DNA of 64,000 bases from a bacterium (lineage in GTDB: Bacteria > Patescibacteriota > Minisyncoccia > Phycocordibacterales > Phycocordibacteraceae): assembly GCA_021784815.1 (NCBI GenBank), contig JAJYHK010000005.1:25917-89916 (forward strand). The letters run 5' to 3'. Positions 1-10,213 of the stretch are shown here, one piece after another (within the stretch, counting starts at the first letter, position 1; each line of letters starts with the position of its first letter). The notes beneath the pieces are model-generated. The model saw only the letters and a list, made by a program, of their open reading frames with translations, was not told the origin of the DNA and searched no databases. Position numbers and translations under genes: made by a program.

Positions 1-345
1 CGCTTTACGTTGACGCATCCTCACGATTTTACCGCATCAAAAAGAAGACCGGTACTACACCAAGACCGCCCAGAGCATTTCGGACAGCTTTTTATCATCC
101 GTATTGCCTGCACCATCGAAGCTGCGGCTTAAATACGCTTATGTGAGAATGAACGCGCTAATTTTTGGGAGGCACCATTTTGTGAGAATCATGTTCTTGG
201 ACTTCTCCATCGTCTTTGCGGTTGTGGTACTCTTAGGTCATTTGCACTACTCAATTGACGTTGCCTCAGCCTATTTTATTACATTCAGCATTTTTAGCCT
301 AGCCAAAGAACGCTTAAGAAATCACTGGGAATTCGCTAATCTAGC

Positions 346-1068
346 ATGAACAAACGTTCGCTTAGTCTTATAGTCCCTGCGTACAATGAAGAAAAATACA
401 TTGGTGCATGCCTGGAAAGCATAATTCGCAATGGTAACGGCCAATTCCTTGAGATCCTCGTCATCGATAACGCGAGCACCGATGCCACCGCGAAATGTGC
501 ATCCGCGTTCTCCGGCGTCCGCGTGATCAGAGAGGAAAGAAGGGGAGTAACTCGCGCACGTGAGCGCGGATTCCGAGAAGCACGTGGAGATCTCCTCGCA
601 TTCATAGATGCCGATACCCGGATTCCGAAAGGATGGTTTGAACTACTGCATAAAGAGTATAGCGCCGAGCCACGACTCGCCTGCCTGAGTGGTCCGTATG
701 TGTATTATGATTTTTCTCCATGGATGCGTTTTCTCTCTTCGCTCTATTGGAACGCACTCGCCGTTCCTTTATCACTGATGGTTGGGTATATGGCCATAGC
801 TGGTAATATGGTTCTTCCTCGCATCGTTCTTGAAAAGATGGGCGGTTTTGACACTTCAATTGAGTTCTACGGCGATGATACCGACACGGCACGACGCGCA
901 CGGGCATTTGGGAAAGTGCGTTTTACTCCCCGCTTCTTCGTATGTAGCTCTGGCCGCCGATTCCTCCAGCAAGGCCTCCTAAATACAACGAATAAGTACA
1001 TCTCGGCTTTCTTCGCAGGAGTGATCTTCCACCGGCCGCTTCGGAGCACTCACGAGAACTTCCGATAA
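346..1068 (+). CDS. Glycosyltransferase family 2
   Basis: N-terminal LIVPAYNEE...VIDNASTD motif typical of GT2 (GT-A fold); DxD-like region FIDADT. Confidence 0.8.
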   Translation: MNKRSLSLIVPAYNEEKYIGACLESIIRNGNGQFLEILVIDNASTDATAKCASAFSGVRVIREERRGVTRARERGFREARGDLLAFIDADTRIPKGWFELLHKEYSAEPRLACLSGPYVYYDFSPWMRFLSSLYWNALAVPLSLMVGYMAIAGNMVLPRIVLEKMGGFDTSIEFYGDDTDTARRARAFGKVRFTPRFFVCSSGRRFLQQGLLNTTNKYISAFFAGVIFHRPLRSTHENFR

Positions 1069-1083
1069 AATCGTTACCCGCGT

Positions 1084-1686
1084 ATGGCTTTCACGCACGC
1101 CGTTACATTGTTCATCGAATACCGGTATTGGGCGCTCATCCCGCTTGCCATCATCGAAGGTCCCGTCATTGCTTTTGTTGCGGGAGCGCTCGCGGCCGCA
1201 GGTTATTTCAATATTTTCTTCCTTGGCGTGCTCTTTTTTACACGAGATATGCTTATGGATTCGATGTACTATGCCATAGGGTACTATGGGGCCGACACGC
1301 ATGTGGCAAAACGCATTCTTCGAAAACTCCGGATCCAAAACGAACATTTGCAAGCTGTCCGCGTGCTCTGGGAAAAATATCCGGCTCGTACGATGTTTAT
1401 CGGAAAGATTTCGTATGGGGTAGCATCTTCGTTTATTGTGGTGGCCGGGATTATCAAGATGCGGCTGAGAAAATTTTATGGCTACGGTAGTCTAGTTGCA
1501 ATTCTTCAGTTCTGGACGCTTCTTGCGCTGGGATACTTCTACGGAGCGGCACTTGGAGGCACAATCGTATCCGCACTAAACAATTTTGAGTATGCAATTG
1601 CGGGATTCGGAATTATCCTCGTTGGATACTACTACGTAAGTCTTCGGGCTCGAAAAATAGTTCTTCAAGAGGATGCCGAGCTTTGA
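1084..1686 (+). CDS. DedA/VTT-domain (SNARE-associated) membrane protein
   Basis: Polytopic membrane protein with DedA-like core (ALIPLAIIEGPVIAFVAGALAAAG...). Confidence 0.65.
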   Translation: MAFTHAVTLFIEYRYWALIPLAIIEGPVIAFVAGALAAAGYFNIFFLGVLFFTRDMLMDSMYYAIGYYGADTHVAKRILRKLRIQNEHLQAVRVLWEKYPARTMFIGKISYGVASSFIVVAGIIKMRLRKFYGYGSLVAILQFWTLLALGYFYGAALGGTIVSALNNFEYAIAGFGIILVGYYYVSLRARKIVLQEDAEL

Positions 1687-2173
1687 ATTGAACACCGCTT
1701 TCTCTATTGGACACCCAGGCCGACATGGTACTGGCTTTCGGGCCTTTCGGTGCTGTAACACTTCAGGAGAGCTAGACACCACCCACAGAACCAAACGTAA
1801 ACGATATTCTTGTCTGCAACGTTTTGCTGACAAAGTCACAAGGCCAGCCTATGCTTCTCATCTTAAACCGGACAAATGGAGCGCGTACGACGGCCTCGTT
1901 TTCGACGGATACAAGCATACCCGCATCAATCACTCAAAGCAGTATTCAGACCGCAGAGGCGGGCACGTGAACGGTATCGAGAACTTCTGGAGCTTCGCGA
2001 AAAGGAGGCTCGCGAAATTCAACGGCGTCTCCCGGGAGACGTTCCTTCTGCACCTCAAGGAGTGCGAATTCAGATACAACCACAAAGGCAACGTGCTTGA
2101 AACCCTCTTAGGGTTTGTGCGGCTTAGCGGATATACGTTGAAAATGCTACATAACAGAAAAGGCCAGCAATAG
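1673..2173 (+). mobile_element. IS1595-family transposase, C-terminal fragment only (remnant)
   Basis: C-terminal ~100 aa (YDGLVFDGYKHTRINHSKQY...HVNGIENFWSFAKRRLAKFNGV...FLLHLKECEFRYNH) matches the ISXO2/IS1595 DDE transposase C-terminus; N-terminal two thirds absent; upstream part of ORF is non-homologous junk containing a partial copy of the local repeat family. Confidence 0.6.
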
Positions 2174-2185
2174 ATTTGCTGGCCT
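2161..2185 (+). terminator. Hairpin (AGGCCAGCAA-TAGA-TTTGCTGGCCT) followed by TTTTCT
   Basis: Perfect 10-bp stem immediately after the stop of the transposase fragment, followed by a T-run. Confidence 0.45.
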
Positions 2186-2197
2186 TTTCTGGTGAAC

Positions 2198-2347
2198 ACC
2201 CGGGCCGGTACGGTACTGGTTTTTAGGCCTGTCGGTACTGGTTCCTGGCGTCACAACCGTGTTTGGGAGGACTGGACTATGACCGGCTTTCGTCACCTTG
2301 TATTTCCTCACTATTTTCTTTCTGAACCTTATTCGATTCCTGCGTCC
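2198..2347. repeat. Local repeat family, copy A (core GGCGTCACAACCGTGTT at 2247-2263; T-arm-like ATTCGATTCC at 2331-2340)
   Basis: Shares about 36 nt (gcctgtcggtactggttcctggcgtcacaaccgtgtt) with the tRNA-Met flank at 11915-11966 and the tattttct and ttcgattcc motifs with copies B and D. Confidence 0.5.
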
Positions 2348-2448
2348 ATCACTTTCTTGTCAGAATCCGCGGGACGACACTAGACTGCGTATGCAAGATG
2401 AAACTTATTTCTCCATGCATAGGTAGTAAGTAGTAATAAGTACCGTCT

Positions 2449-4272
2449 ATGTGTGGAATCGTTGGCTATATTGGTAAGAAGGACGCAACCCCGTTTTTGA
2501 TTGAAGGATTGCGCGCACTTGAGTATCGTGGCTACGATTCTGCTGGTATATATGTCGCCGGACAAGGCGTCCTGAAACGCGTAGGGAAAGTAGATATGCT
2601 TACCAAGGCAATACCGAAGACGTTTTCTGGAAACGCCGGCATCGCGCACACTCGCTGGGCCACCCACGGCTCCCCAACCGAGGCGAACGCCCATCCTCAC
2701 ACCGACACCGCCGAAGAAGTCCTGCTGGTACACAATGGCATCATCGAAAATTACCACGAGCTACGCAATGAACTCGAGTCCGAAGGGATCATTTTTTACT
2801 CTGACACCGACACCGAAGTTCTCGCCAAGATTATTGGCCAAACGTATACCGCCGACACGTTGCTTGAAGATGCCGTGACGCGCGCACTCGCGCGCGTGCG
2901 CGGAACGTATGGCATCGCGGTCATGTCGAGACGCGAACCGGAAAAGATCGTCGCGACCAGGCTCGGAAGCTCGCTTTTAATCGGCATCGGCACCGACGGG
3001 TACTATATTGCCTCCGATGCGACACCTGTCCTCCCTCACGCGCGCGAAGTGATCTATCTCGACGACGGTGAGATGGCGATCCTCACACTCGAGACTTACG
3101 CCGTCCGGAATGCAATCAAAACACTTGTAGAAAAATCTCCAGAGACTCTCGAGTGGGACGCTGAGTCAGTAAAGAAACAGGGCTACGAGCACTTCATGTT
3201 GAAAGAGATCATGGAAATGCCCGAGGTCATAAAAAATACCCTGCGCGGACGACTTGACCCAGACGAAGGTACATCGATTCTCGGTGGACTACGTGACGTC
3301 ATGCCGAGACTCGCACACATACGCCGCCTCATCATCACCGGCTGTGGCAGCGCGTATTACGCCGGCCTCGTCGGCCAGGAGCTCATCGAAGAATTCTCCG
3401 GTATCCCGGTCGAAGTCGAGATTGCTTCGGAACTACGCTACCGCCGTTTTACTGGAGACCCGGAGCATACCGTCTTGCTCGCGGTCTCGCAGTCGGGCGA
3501 AACCGCTGATACGCTTGAAGCGATTCGTATCGCAAAGCGGCACGGCATGCTTACGCTCGGAATAGTAAACGCAGTCGGTTCTTCAATCGCACGTGAGACC
3601 GACGCCGGAGTATACAACCACGCTGGACCGGAAATCGGAGTCGCGTCGACCAAAGGATTCGTCTCGCAAGTCGCTGTCCTCGCGCTCATCGCGCTTATGT
3701 TCGGACGCCAGCGCAGTCTCTCCGAAAAAGAGGGTCGTGAGCTCGTCGAGGCACTTACGATCCTTCCCGAAAAAGCCGCTGAGATCCTTACCCGGACCGA
3801 CTCCATCGCAGAAGCCGCGCGAAGCTTCACCAGCACGCAAAACGCACTTTACATTGGACGTAAATATCAATGCCCAGTCGCCTACGAAGGCGCGCTGAAA
3901 CTCAAAGAGATTTCGTACATACACGCCGAGGGATATAGCGCAGGTGAAATGAAACATGGGCCAATCGCACTCATTGAACCATCCTTCCCCACAATTGCGA
4001 TCGCCCCGAGAGATTCTCTCTACGAAAAGATCTGCTCAAATATTGAGGAGATTCGTGCTCGAAGTGGCAGAGTCATCGCAATAACCACAGACGGCAATAC
4101 CGGCCTGACCCGCCTCGCCGACCACATTTTCTACGTACCAGAAACTCACGAGGCACTCCTCCCGATTCTTACCACCATCCCGTTGCAACTCTTTGCCTAC
4201 CATGTTGCAAGAGAGCGAGGCCTGCCTATCGACAAACCTCGCAATCTCGCAAAATCAGTGACGGTTGAGTAG
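2449..4272 (+). CDS. glmS: Glutamine--fructose-6-phosphate aminotransferase (isomerising)
   Basis: N-terminal MCGIVGY catalytic Cys2 (Ntn amidotransferase) and two SIS domains; typical 607 aa length. Confidence 0.95.
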   Translation: MCGIVGYIGKKDATPFLIEGLRALEYRGYDSAGIYVAGQGVLKRVGKVDMLTKAIPKTFSGNAGIAHTRWATHGSPTEANAHPHTDTAEEVLLVHNGIIENYHELRNELESEGIIFYSDTDTEVLAKIIGQTYTADTLLEDAVTRALARVRGTYGIAVMSRREPEKIVATRLGSSLLIGIGTDGYYIASDATPVLPHAREVIYLDDGEMAILTLETYAVRNAIKTLVEKSPETLEWDAESVKKQGYEHFMLKEIMEMPEVIKNTLRGRLDPDEGTSILGGLRDVMPRLAHIRRLIITGCGSAYYAGLVGQELIEEFSGIPVEVEIASELRYRRFTGDPEHTVLLAVSQSGETADTLEAIRIAKRHGMLTLGIVNAVGSSIARETDAGVYNHAGPEIGVASTKGFVSQVAVLALIALMFGRQRSLSEKEGRELVEALTILPEKAAEILTRTDSIAEAARSFTSTQNALYIGRKYQCPVAYEGALKLKEISYIHAEGYSAGEMKHGPIALIEPSFPTIAIAPRDSLYEKICSNIEEIRARSGRVIAITTDGNTGLTRLADHIFYVPETHEALLPILTTIPLQLFAYHVARERGLPIDKPRNLAKSVTVE

Positions 4273-4311
4273 TGCCTATAACTATAACTCCGCGGCAATG
4301 GTAATGGAGAC

Positions 4312-4349
4312 GCGAGCAAAGCCGCAACATGTGTCGCGGCTTTGCTCGC
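4312..4349. terminator. Strong stem-loop (GCGAGCAAAGCCGC...GCGGCTTTGCTCGC) between glmS and the convergent TraB-like gene
   Basis: 14-bp perfect stem 40 nt after glmS stop; no clear U-tract on either strand, so may act as a bidirectional terminator. Confidence 0.4.
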
Positions 4350-4367
4350 GTGATTCCTATCGGTACC

Positions 4368-4496
4368 GTACTTATTTTTGACGAGCGCCAGTACTTGATA
4401 CAGCGTCACAACCGTGTTGAATTTATTGGACACGAATCAGATTCTGTAGCATTGTATTTTCTTGGTATTTTAGCGAGATTCAGTTCGATTCCTGCA
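4368..4496. repeat. Local repeat family, copy D (core GCGTCACAACCGTGTT at 4403-4418; GTTCGATTCC at 4483-4492)
   Basis: Same core 16-mer, internal tattttct and T-arm-like decamer at the same spacing as copies A and B. Confidence 0.45.
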
Positions 4497-4506
4497 GACG
4501 TATCCA

Positions 4507-5346
4507 CTACTCAGGCAAATTCGCTTGCTCGACCAAAAACCGGAGCGGCAGCTCTTGCTTCACAGCGTGCGCCGAACCGTACACCGCGAACAAACGGTCA
4601 TATTTCTTTAATCCTTCTGCGATCCGCTCAAAAATGTGTTCGTTGCGAAAGGCACTTGAGCTTCGAGAAATTTTGTTAGTAACGCTCTGCGGTTTACCCT
4701 CCCACGGAATCGGATCCACCTTATCGCTATAGAACTGCTCGTCATCGAGCTGGAGACTCTCGATCACTTCCTTACCAAAAGCTGCGAGTTCTGCAGCATC
4801 CCATCCCGCACGTTGAACTAGCCGTTCTGATTCTTGCTCTACGATCCGCTCGCACGCTTTGGGGTCCCGATTCTCGTTATTTCGCTGGTACTGAAGTATG
4901 TCTCGAAACACGTAATAGTCGAAAATATCCCTCTTCGAGAAACCGCTCTCCATAAGGTGCTGGACCTCCATGGCAAATCGCGGTTCAGGCGACTCGAAAT
5001 CAGCTCCTGCGTCTACGGCAAGCTTCAGGGTATAGAAATTCTCGCCCTCCGTTCGCGCGTCCTCGATACTCATATTCTTGAGGCGTTCTCGCCAGCCTTC
5101 TTTGTCCTCGTTAGCCGATTCAATTCCTTCGACGTACACCATCTGCGGATTCGCTTTTTTGAGAGCGGCGGCGATGTCGTCGAGAACTGGGTCGGAGGGA
5201 TTGCCCGTGTGATACGTCCCGAAGTACGCCAGTTCCTTGGGGCCATTCTTTACCTCGAACTCGTAAACTCGCTTTCCCTCCTGACGCGCAAACGGGTGAT
5301 CCTGGTACTGCTCACTCGACAGGATCGCTCCTTTCAGCTCATCCAT
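4507..5346 (-). CDS. TraB/GumN (Tiki-like) family protein
   Basis: GxxH ... E ... GxxH arrangement (FGTYHTG ... VYVEGIES ... YGSAHAV) characteristic of the TraB/PrgY/GumN fold; function unknown. Confidence 0.45.
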   Translation of the reverse strand: MDELKGAILSSEQYQDHPFARQEGKRVYEFEVKNGPKELAYFGTYHTGNPSDPVLDDIAAALKKANPQMVYVEGIESANEDKEGWRERLKNMSIEDARTEGENFYTLKLAVDAGADFESPEPRFAMEVQHLMESGFSKRDIFDYYVFRDILQYQRNNENRDPKACERIVEQESERLVQRAGWDAAELAAFGKEVIESLQLDDEQFYSDKVDPIPWEGKPQSVTNKISRSSSAFRNEHIFERIAEGLKKYDRLFAVYGSAHAVKQELPLRFLVEQANLPE

Positions 5347-5388
5347 GCTGTACCGACGGTCTGGCGAGAAGCCACCGTCTTTATATTG

Positions 5389-5560
5389 CCGCGTATGGAA
5401 ATACGCGGGTTTCTGGATTTTAGGGGCGTCGGAACAGTACCAATTTTGGTGCAGTTCCTGGCGTCACAACCGTGTTGCGGGGGCGGGAATTGACTTCACC
5501 CATCTCCGTCGCGTACTCCCTCAGTATTTTCTGTGGGCATCTGGTTCGATTCCCGCGCCC
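5389..5560. repeat. Local repeat family, copy B: hairpin (5389-5408) + ~70-nt flank repeat + degenerate copy of tRNA-Met 3' end (5461-5495) + inverted T-arm-like GGTTCGATTCCCGCGCC (5543-5560)
   Basis: About 85-90% identical to 11864-11975 (flank and last ~20 nt of the tRNA-Met gene) with one 12-13 nt indel; the tRNA part diverges (GTCAATT instead of the TTCGATT loop), so it is not a functional tRNA. Confidence 0.55.
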
Positions 5561-5853
5561 TCTCCTCAAAATCTAATTAACTAGAAACGTGACGCCCATT
5601 TCTTTTCTATTGGCCTTGCGGTATCAGCAAGTGGCTGGTATATTCATATAAAGGCATGGACGCTGCTGACACAGCCGAGCCGAGGAAAGAAATCCCTGAC
5701 TTGGGAAAGTAGAATCCTCCGGAGAAAGCCCGTAATAGCTTTAATGAGGTCAAGTGCGAGCTTGACGAAGTAAGGTGGCACCGCGACGACATTCGCCCTT
5801 ACAAATCCATCCGAAGTCTTAATTGGTGGATTTGTAAGGGATATTTTATTTAT

Positions 5854-7173
5854 ATGGAAAAAAGATTGCATATTAACGAAATACGGAATCATGTCGGCAA
5901 GGCGGTGACAATCGCAGGTTTTGTTCATATAGTCCGCGACCAAGGGAGCATAAAGTTCCTCATGATTCGAGATATCACCGGGATTATCCAGGTGGTGGTT
6001 ACCAAGCACAAGCCGGAAGCGCTTGAGATAGCAAAGACACTTACCCACGAATCGGTTGTGGAGATTATCGGACTCGCTAAAGAAGAGAAACAAGCTCCTG
6101 GCGGTTTTGAGATTGAAGCAGATCAAATTACAATCCTCTCCCTCGCTGATCCGGAGCTTCCGATACCTATTGTCGAGAAGGGTCAGCAGGAAGAAACTGA
6201 TCAGTCGACCCGGTTGGATTGGAGGTGGCTTGATCTTCGCAAGCCCGAGAAGGCACTTATTTTCAAAGTCTGGACGACGATGGAACAGGCATTCCGCTCG
6301 TACTGCATCAACAGCGGATTTATCGAGATCCATTCCCCTAAGCTAACCGCTACCGCGACCGAGTCCGGCGCTGAACTGTTCGCCGTGAAGTATTTTGACC
6401 AGGAGGCGCGCTTGGCGCAGAGTCCTCAACTGTATAAGCAGATGGCGATGGCAGCTGGCTTCGAGAAGGTCTTTGAGGTGGGTCCAGTATTCCGAGCAAA
6501 CCCGTCTTTCACCTCGAGGCACGATACCGAATTCACCATGTACGACGTTGAGGTGTCTTTCATCAAATCCCATCACGATTTGATGGATGAGGAGGAACGC
6601 ATGGTAGTCGCTATGCTTCAAGCAGTGAAGGAGAAGCACGGAGAGGAGATTGAGAAGCTCTACGGCCGTACCGTAGAAATCCCTAAACTTCCCTTCCCGC
6701 GACTGACGGTAAAAGAGGTTAAGGAAATAACCAGCCGCATGGGCATTCCCGACGAGCGCGATGGCGACATGAGTCCCGAAGAGGAGCGCGCGGTTTCCGA
6801 GCACATTCTGAAAGAAACCGGATCAGAGTTCCTGTTCATTCACGAATTCCCGACTAAGGTGCGCGCGTTCTATAGCATGCGCAAAGAGGACGACCTGGAG
6901 GTGACCAATAGCTTCGACCTTCTCTGGAACGGTCTCGAGATTACGAGTGGCGCTCAGCGCGAGCATCGGTACGAACAACTCAAGAAGCAAATCGAGGAGC
7001 AAGGTCTGGATGTTTCCGGATTCGAATCCTATCTTAATTTCTTCCGTTACGGCTGCCCTCCTCACGGAGGATTTGCTCCGGGACCGACGCGCATGCTCAT
7101 GAAGCTCCTGAATGTTGCGAACGTGCGCGAGGTGACGTATCTCTACCGCGGCGTGAAGCGTCTTACTCCGTAA
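5854..7173 (+). CDS. aspS: Aspartyl-tRNA synthetase, archaeal/eukaryal type (class IIb), paralog 1
   Basis: N-terminal OB fold; class II motifs (FRANPSFTSRHDTEFT, GGFAPGPTRMLM); C-terminus REVTYLYRGVKRLTP like archaeal-type AspRS (...RDRRRLTP); about 439 aa. Confidence 0.75.
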   Translation: MEKRLHINEIRNHVGKAVTIAGFVHIVRDQGSIKFLMIRDITGIIQVVVTKHKPEALEIAKTLTHESVVEIIGLAKEEKQAPGGFEIEADQITILSLADPELPIPIVEKGQQEETDQSTRLDWRWLDLRKPEKALIFKVWTTMEQAFRSYCINSGFIEIHSPKLTATATESGAELFAVKYFDQEARLAQSPQLYKQMAMAAGFEKVFEVGPVFRANPSFTSRHDTEFTMYDVEVSFIKSHHDLMDEEERMVVAMLQAVKEKHGEEIEKLYGRTVEIPKLPFPRLTVKEVKEITSRMGIPDERDGDMSPEEERAVSEHILKETGSEFLFIHEFPTKVRAFYSMRKEDDLEVTNSFDLLWNGLEITSGAQREHRYEQLKKQIEEQGLDVSGFESYLNFFRYGCPPHGGFAPGPTRMLMKLLNVANVREVTYLYRGVKRLTP

Positions 7174-7244
7174 GGTTTGCGTCATTCCTATTCCTATTGT
7201 CTAATAGGCGCTAAAGGGCTATAACTTCAGCAGGTCCCTTACCC

Positions 7245-8285
7245 TTGGAGGCGAGAATGAATACTGTGCCAGTGGCTGACCATTTGCGTCATGCCCTTAA
7301 CCTCAAGCCCCAGGAAGTTGCTCTTCGAAAAGAACTCGATGAATGGCTCCCCGAGGTAATCATCGACTGTCATGCTCATTGCAACCTGGAGGCACATGTA
7401 AAGAATGTGAGCGACTACGCTTACAAGCACATGATGTCGTCTTTCACCTACCTGAGCCTGGAGGACTCGGCGAGGTTGAAGGATCTGTTCTATCCGTTCA
7501 GGAAGGTCAGGTCGCTCCGATTTCCGAAGACATTCCGGGGAATTGATCATCGTGCGGCAAACGAATATTTGCTGAACGAAAGCCCGGAAGACGATCGCAT
7601 CGCCGTGTTCGGCCTGCCGGAAGATTTCGACTACACCGTCGGCATCATGCGGCATCCCCGAGCTTCGGCACTTAAGATGTATTGGTCGTATGTCGATCCT
7701 CCGGCCAAGAAGATATACGATTTCTTCACGCCGGAGATTCTGGAGGAGGCGCAAGCCCTCGACCTGCCAATCATTCTGCATCTTCCGCGAATGATCGTTC
7801 ATACCTGCGACGATCTCATGGCTGTGCTTTCGGACTTTCCTCACCTGAGGGTAGTGCTGGCGCACCTGGGGCTGTCGAAACTCTTGGTCCCGGGTTTGGA
7901 AGAGGCGTACCGGCGAGCCGCGCGTTCTCCGAACGTGTGGCTCGATACGGCGCTGAATCCCTCTCCAGAGGTCGTCTCGCTGGCGCTCGAATGCTTCGGA
8001 CGCGATCGCATCATGTTCGGCTCGGATGAGCCGTTGAACCTGCTGCGATCAGTCGCGTATAAACATCCCGAGAAAGGCGAACGGATCGTCACCGACTATC
8101 AGTACCACTGGGTTGATCCGGTTGAATATGCCGAGTACGGCCACCTTGCGAAGGATGCCGTGCACGCTCAGTGGCAGTGTACGTTGGCTATAAAGAAAGC
8201 GGTCGAGGGCTATCCGCTCGAGGAACAAGAAGGGCTGAAAGCGCTCATCTTCCAGAAGACGGCTGAGCATGTCTTCAGGTTCTGA
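7245..8285 (+). CDS. Amidohydrolase-2 family (TIM-barrel metal-dependent hydrolase)
   Basis: IIDCHAHCN metal-binding HxH start, later HLPR and AHLG...GSDEP motifs typical of PF04909-like amidohydrolases/decarboxylases. Confidence 0.55.
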   Translation: MEARMNTVPVADHLRHALNLKPQEVALRKELDEWLPEVIIDCHAHCNLEAHVKNVSDYAYKHMMSSFTYLSLEDSARLKDLFYPFRKVRSLRFPKTFRGIDHRAANEYLLNESPEDDRIAVFGLPEDFDYTVGIMRHPRASALKMYWSYVDPPAKKIYDFFTPEILEEAQALDLPIILHLPRMIVHTCDDLMAVLSDFPHLRVVLAHLGLSKLLVPGLEEAYRRAARSPNVWLDTALNPSPEVVSLALECFGRDRIMFGSDEPLNLLRSVAYKHPEKGERIVTDYQYHWVDPVEYAEYGHLAKDAVHAQWQCTLAIKKAVEGYPLEEQEGLKALIFQKTAEHVFRF

Positions 8286-8322
8286 ATTGCACGGCGAGCT
8301 GAAACCAGCTCGCCGTGATTTT

Positions 8323-8805
8323 TTATTCTTCCTTTATAAGTTTCGCAAGTGCTGCAAGTTCTTCATCGCTCTCTCGCTTGTAGTCGTGGGAAGAAATATA
8401 CCCCTCGTAAACATCAAAGTATTTTTCGACATCGACTTTCCTTTCTTTCCACTCATCGGCCTTAGTACCATGCATCGGGAACATTTTTGCGTGGAGATGG
8501 TTCACTCCGAACCCTTCAAAAATCACTCCGGTACGCCCCACGTCCTCCAGCTTCGCGTCTAGTAATTTTGCGACCTTACCGGCTGCTAGTACCAGATCGG
8601 TCACGACTTGGTCAGGCAAATCAAAGAGGTAGCTGGGGTGATGGTCTTTCGGAATAACTACGGAAAAACCTTTAGTGTTAGGAAAGATGGAAAGAAACGC
8701 CACATGCTTGTCGTCCTCCCATATTCTGTGTGCAGGTTCTTCGCCCGCCGCAATTTTGCAAAATACGCAATCGTCTTTCCATACCATATCGATTGATTTT
8801 ATCAC
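8323..8805 (-). CDS. HIT-family (histidine triad-like) hydrolase with non-canonical motif
   Basis: N-terminal CVFCKIAAGEEPAH...VIPKDHH matches HIT fold; catalytic region reads NHLHAK (H-x-H-x-K rather than H-x-H-x-H). Confidence 0.65.
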   Translation of the reverse strand: MIKSIDMVWKDDCVFCKIAAGEEPAHRIWEDDKHVAFLSIFPNTKGFSVVIPKDHHPSYLFDLPDQVVTDLVLAAGKVAKLLDAKLEDVGRTGVIFEGFGVNHLHAKMFPMHGTKADEWKERKVDVEKYFDVYEGYISSHDYKRESDEELAALAKLIKEE

Positions 8806-8866
8806 GAGGCTTTTTATATAAAAGAATGGCCCGGAGCATTGCTGCTCCGGGCCACGCCGTATCCCC

Positions 8867-10168
8867 TTACGGGGTCAGGCGATTCGGACCTCGATAGAGG
8901 TACGTGACTTCACGAACCGTACTGCGGTTCAGCAGAATCATGAGCAGCCGGGTGAGACCGACGCCCATACCACCGTGAGGCGGACATCCGTAACGGAAGA
9001 AGCCGAGGTAGTCCTGGATCGTCTCCAAGTCCACACCCTTCTCCTCTGCCTGCTGCTTCAGCCGCTCGTAGCGATGCTCGCGTTGCGCCCCGGTCGTCAC
9101 TTCGAGCCCCTTCCAGAGAAGGTCGAAGCTCTTGGTGATTTCCGGGTTGTCCTCCTGCCGCATGTGGTAGAAGGCACGCACGCTGACCGGGTAGTCCGTG
9201 ACGAACACGAACTCATGCCCGTGCTGCCCGAAGATGTGTCGAGCAAGCATCCGTTCGCCTTCGGGGTCCAGATCCTCCTTGTGGGAGATGATATGGCCCT
9301 GCTGGGCGAGAATCTCGCGCGCTTCCTCGAGGGAAATACGCGGGAACGGAAGTGTCGGCACCGCCACCTTCACGCCGAACGTCTCCTCTATTTCAGAGCC
9401 GTATTCGGTCGAGATGCGAGACAGGACATAGGCCAGCCACGCCTCCTCGATTTTCATGACGTCCTCGTGCGATTCGATCCACGAGACCTCCATATCCACG
9501 GACGTGAATTCCGTGTCGTGGCGGCTCGTGAACGAGGGGTTGGCCCGGAACACCGGACCAATCTCGAAGATCCGATCGAATCCTGCCGCCATCGCCATCT
9601 GCTTGTAGAATTGTGGCGATTGAGCGAGACAGGCCTCCGTATCGAAGTACGGGAGCTTGAACAGCTCCGACCCCGATTCGGTCGCGGCCGGTGTCAGCTT
9701 TGGAGAGTGAATCTCCAGGAAGCCGCGCTCGGCCCAGAATTCCCGCATCGCTTGCTCCATCAAGGTTTGCACCTTGAAAATGAGCAGGTTTTCTGGTCGC
9801 CTGAGCGAGATGTAACGCCAGTCCAGCTGCTTGTCGAGCGCAGAATCGGCCGCGATTGGCAGAGGGGACTCCGCCACGGACGCGATTTGGATATCGGTTG
9901 CCCGAATCTCCAAGCCGCCCAGTTTCACTTTAGGGTCGAGAATGACCTGCCCGGTGACCTGGAGGGCAGAGCCCGACGTGATGCCGGTGAGGAGGCTTGT
10001 GATGGAAGCCGCCCCGTCCGTCTTGTCGTGTGCCACCTGGACGAGTCCAGTGTGGTCCCGGATCGTGAGAAACAGCATGCGCTTTTGATCGCGCACCGTT
10101 TCCACGAATCCCTTTACCGTCACCTCGCCGGTAGCGAGGCTAAGGGCCTTGATGAATGTGCGTTGCAT
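8867..10168 (-). CDS. aspS: Aspartyl-tRNA synthetase, archaeal/eukaryal type (class IIb), paralog 2
   Basis: About 65% identical to the 5854-7173 product over the catalytic core (FLEIHSPKLTPAATESGSELF, FRANPSFTSRHDTEFT, REVTYLYRGPNRLTP); start placed at the internal Met (MQRTFIKA) preceded by GGAGA; ORF track starts 12 codons earlier. Confidence 0.75.
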   Translation of the reverse strand: MQRTFIKALSLATGEVTVKGFVETVRDQKRMLFLTIRDHTGLVQVAHDKTDGAASITSLLTGITSGSALQVTGQVILDPKVKLGGLEIRATDIQIASVAESPLPIAADSALDKQLDWRYISLRRPENLLIFKVQTLMEQAMREFWAERGFLEIHSPKLTPAATESGSELFKLPYFDTEACLAQSPQFYKQMAMAAGFDRIFEIGPVFRANPSFTSRHDTEFTSVDMEVSWIESHEDVMKIEEAWLAYVLSRISTEYGSEIEETFGVKVAVPTLPFPRISLEEAREILAQQGHIISHKEDLDPEGERMLARHIFGQHGHEFVFVTDYPVSVRAFYHMRQEDNPEITKSFDLLWKGLEVTTGAQREHRYERLKQQAEEKGVDLETIQDYLGFFRYGCPPHGGMGVGLTRLLMILLNRSTVREVTYLYRGPNRLTP

Positions 10169-10213
10169 AGTCTTTCTCCGCTTTGACAATTGACGATAGG
10201 ACACATCTGCCGC

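Noticed and set aside
2174-2448. Possible glmS ribozyme upstream of glmS
   Set aside because: The leader is occupied by repeat copy A and a terminator hairpin. I could not recognise the conserved glmS ribozyme core (P2.1 pseudoknot / GlcN6P-binding segments). A covariance-model scan (Rfam RF00234) would settle it.
5465-5565. Plus-strand tRNA or intron-containing minus-strand tRNA spanning the two T-arm-like motifs in repeat copy B
   Set aside because: No acceptor-stem complementarity, no D-arm, and the T-stem does not pair (GTGAA vs CCCGC; TCTGG vs CCCGC). Best read as a degenerate tRNA 3'-end copy plus an inverted partial copy, not a gene.
5644-6333. 229-aa minus-strand ORF upstream of and overlapping AspRS paralog 1
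   Set aside because: It overlaps the conserved aaRS N-terminal OB domain by about 480 nt on the opposite strand. It has no motifs and leaves no room for a promoter.
8975-10186. Long antisense ORFs (403 aa here; also 15163-16599 478 aa, 13453-14244, 23736-24842 368 aa, 34355-35548 397 aa, 36452-38449 665 aa, 43453-44778 441 aa)
   Set aside because: All lie antisense to clearly recognisable conserved genes (aaRS, ligA, gatA, pilB, groEL, rnj). They are Arg/Ala/Pro-rich with no motifs, the expected artefact of open antisense frames in high-GC DNA.
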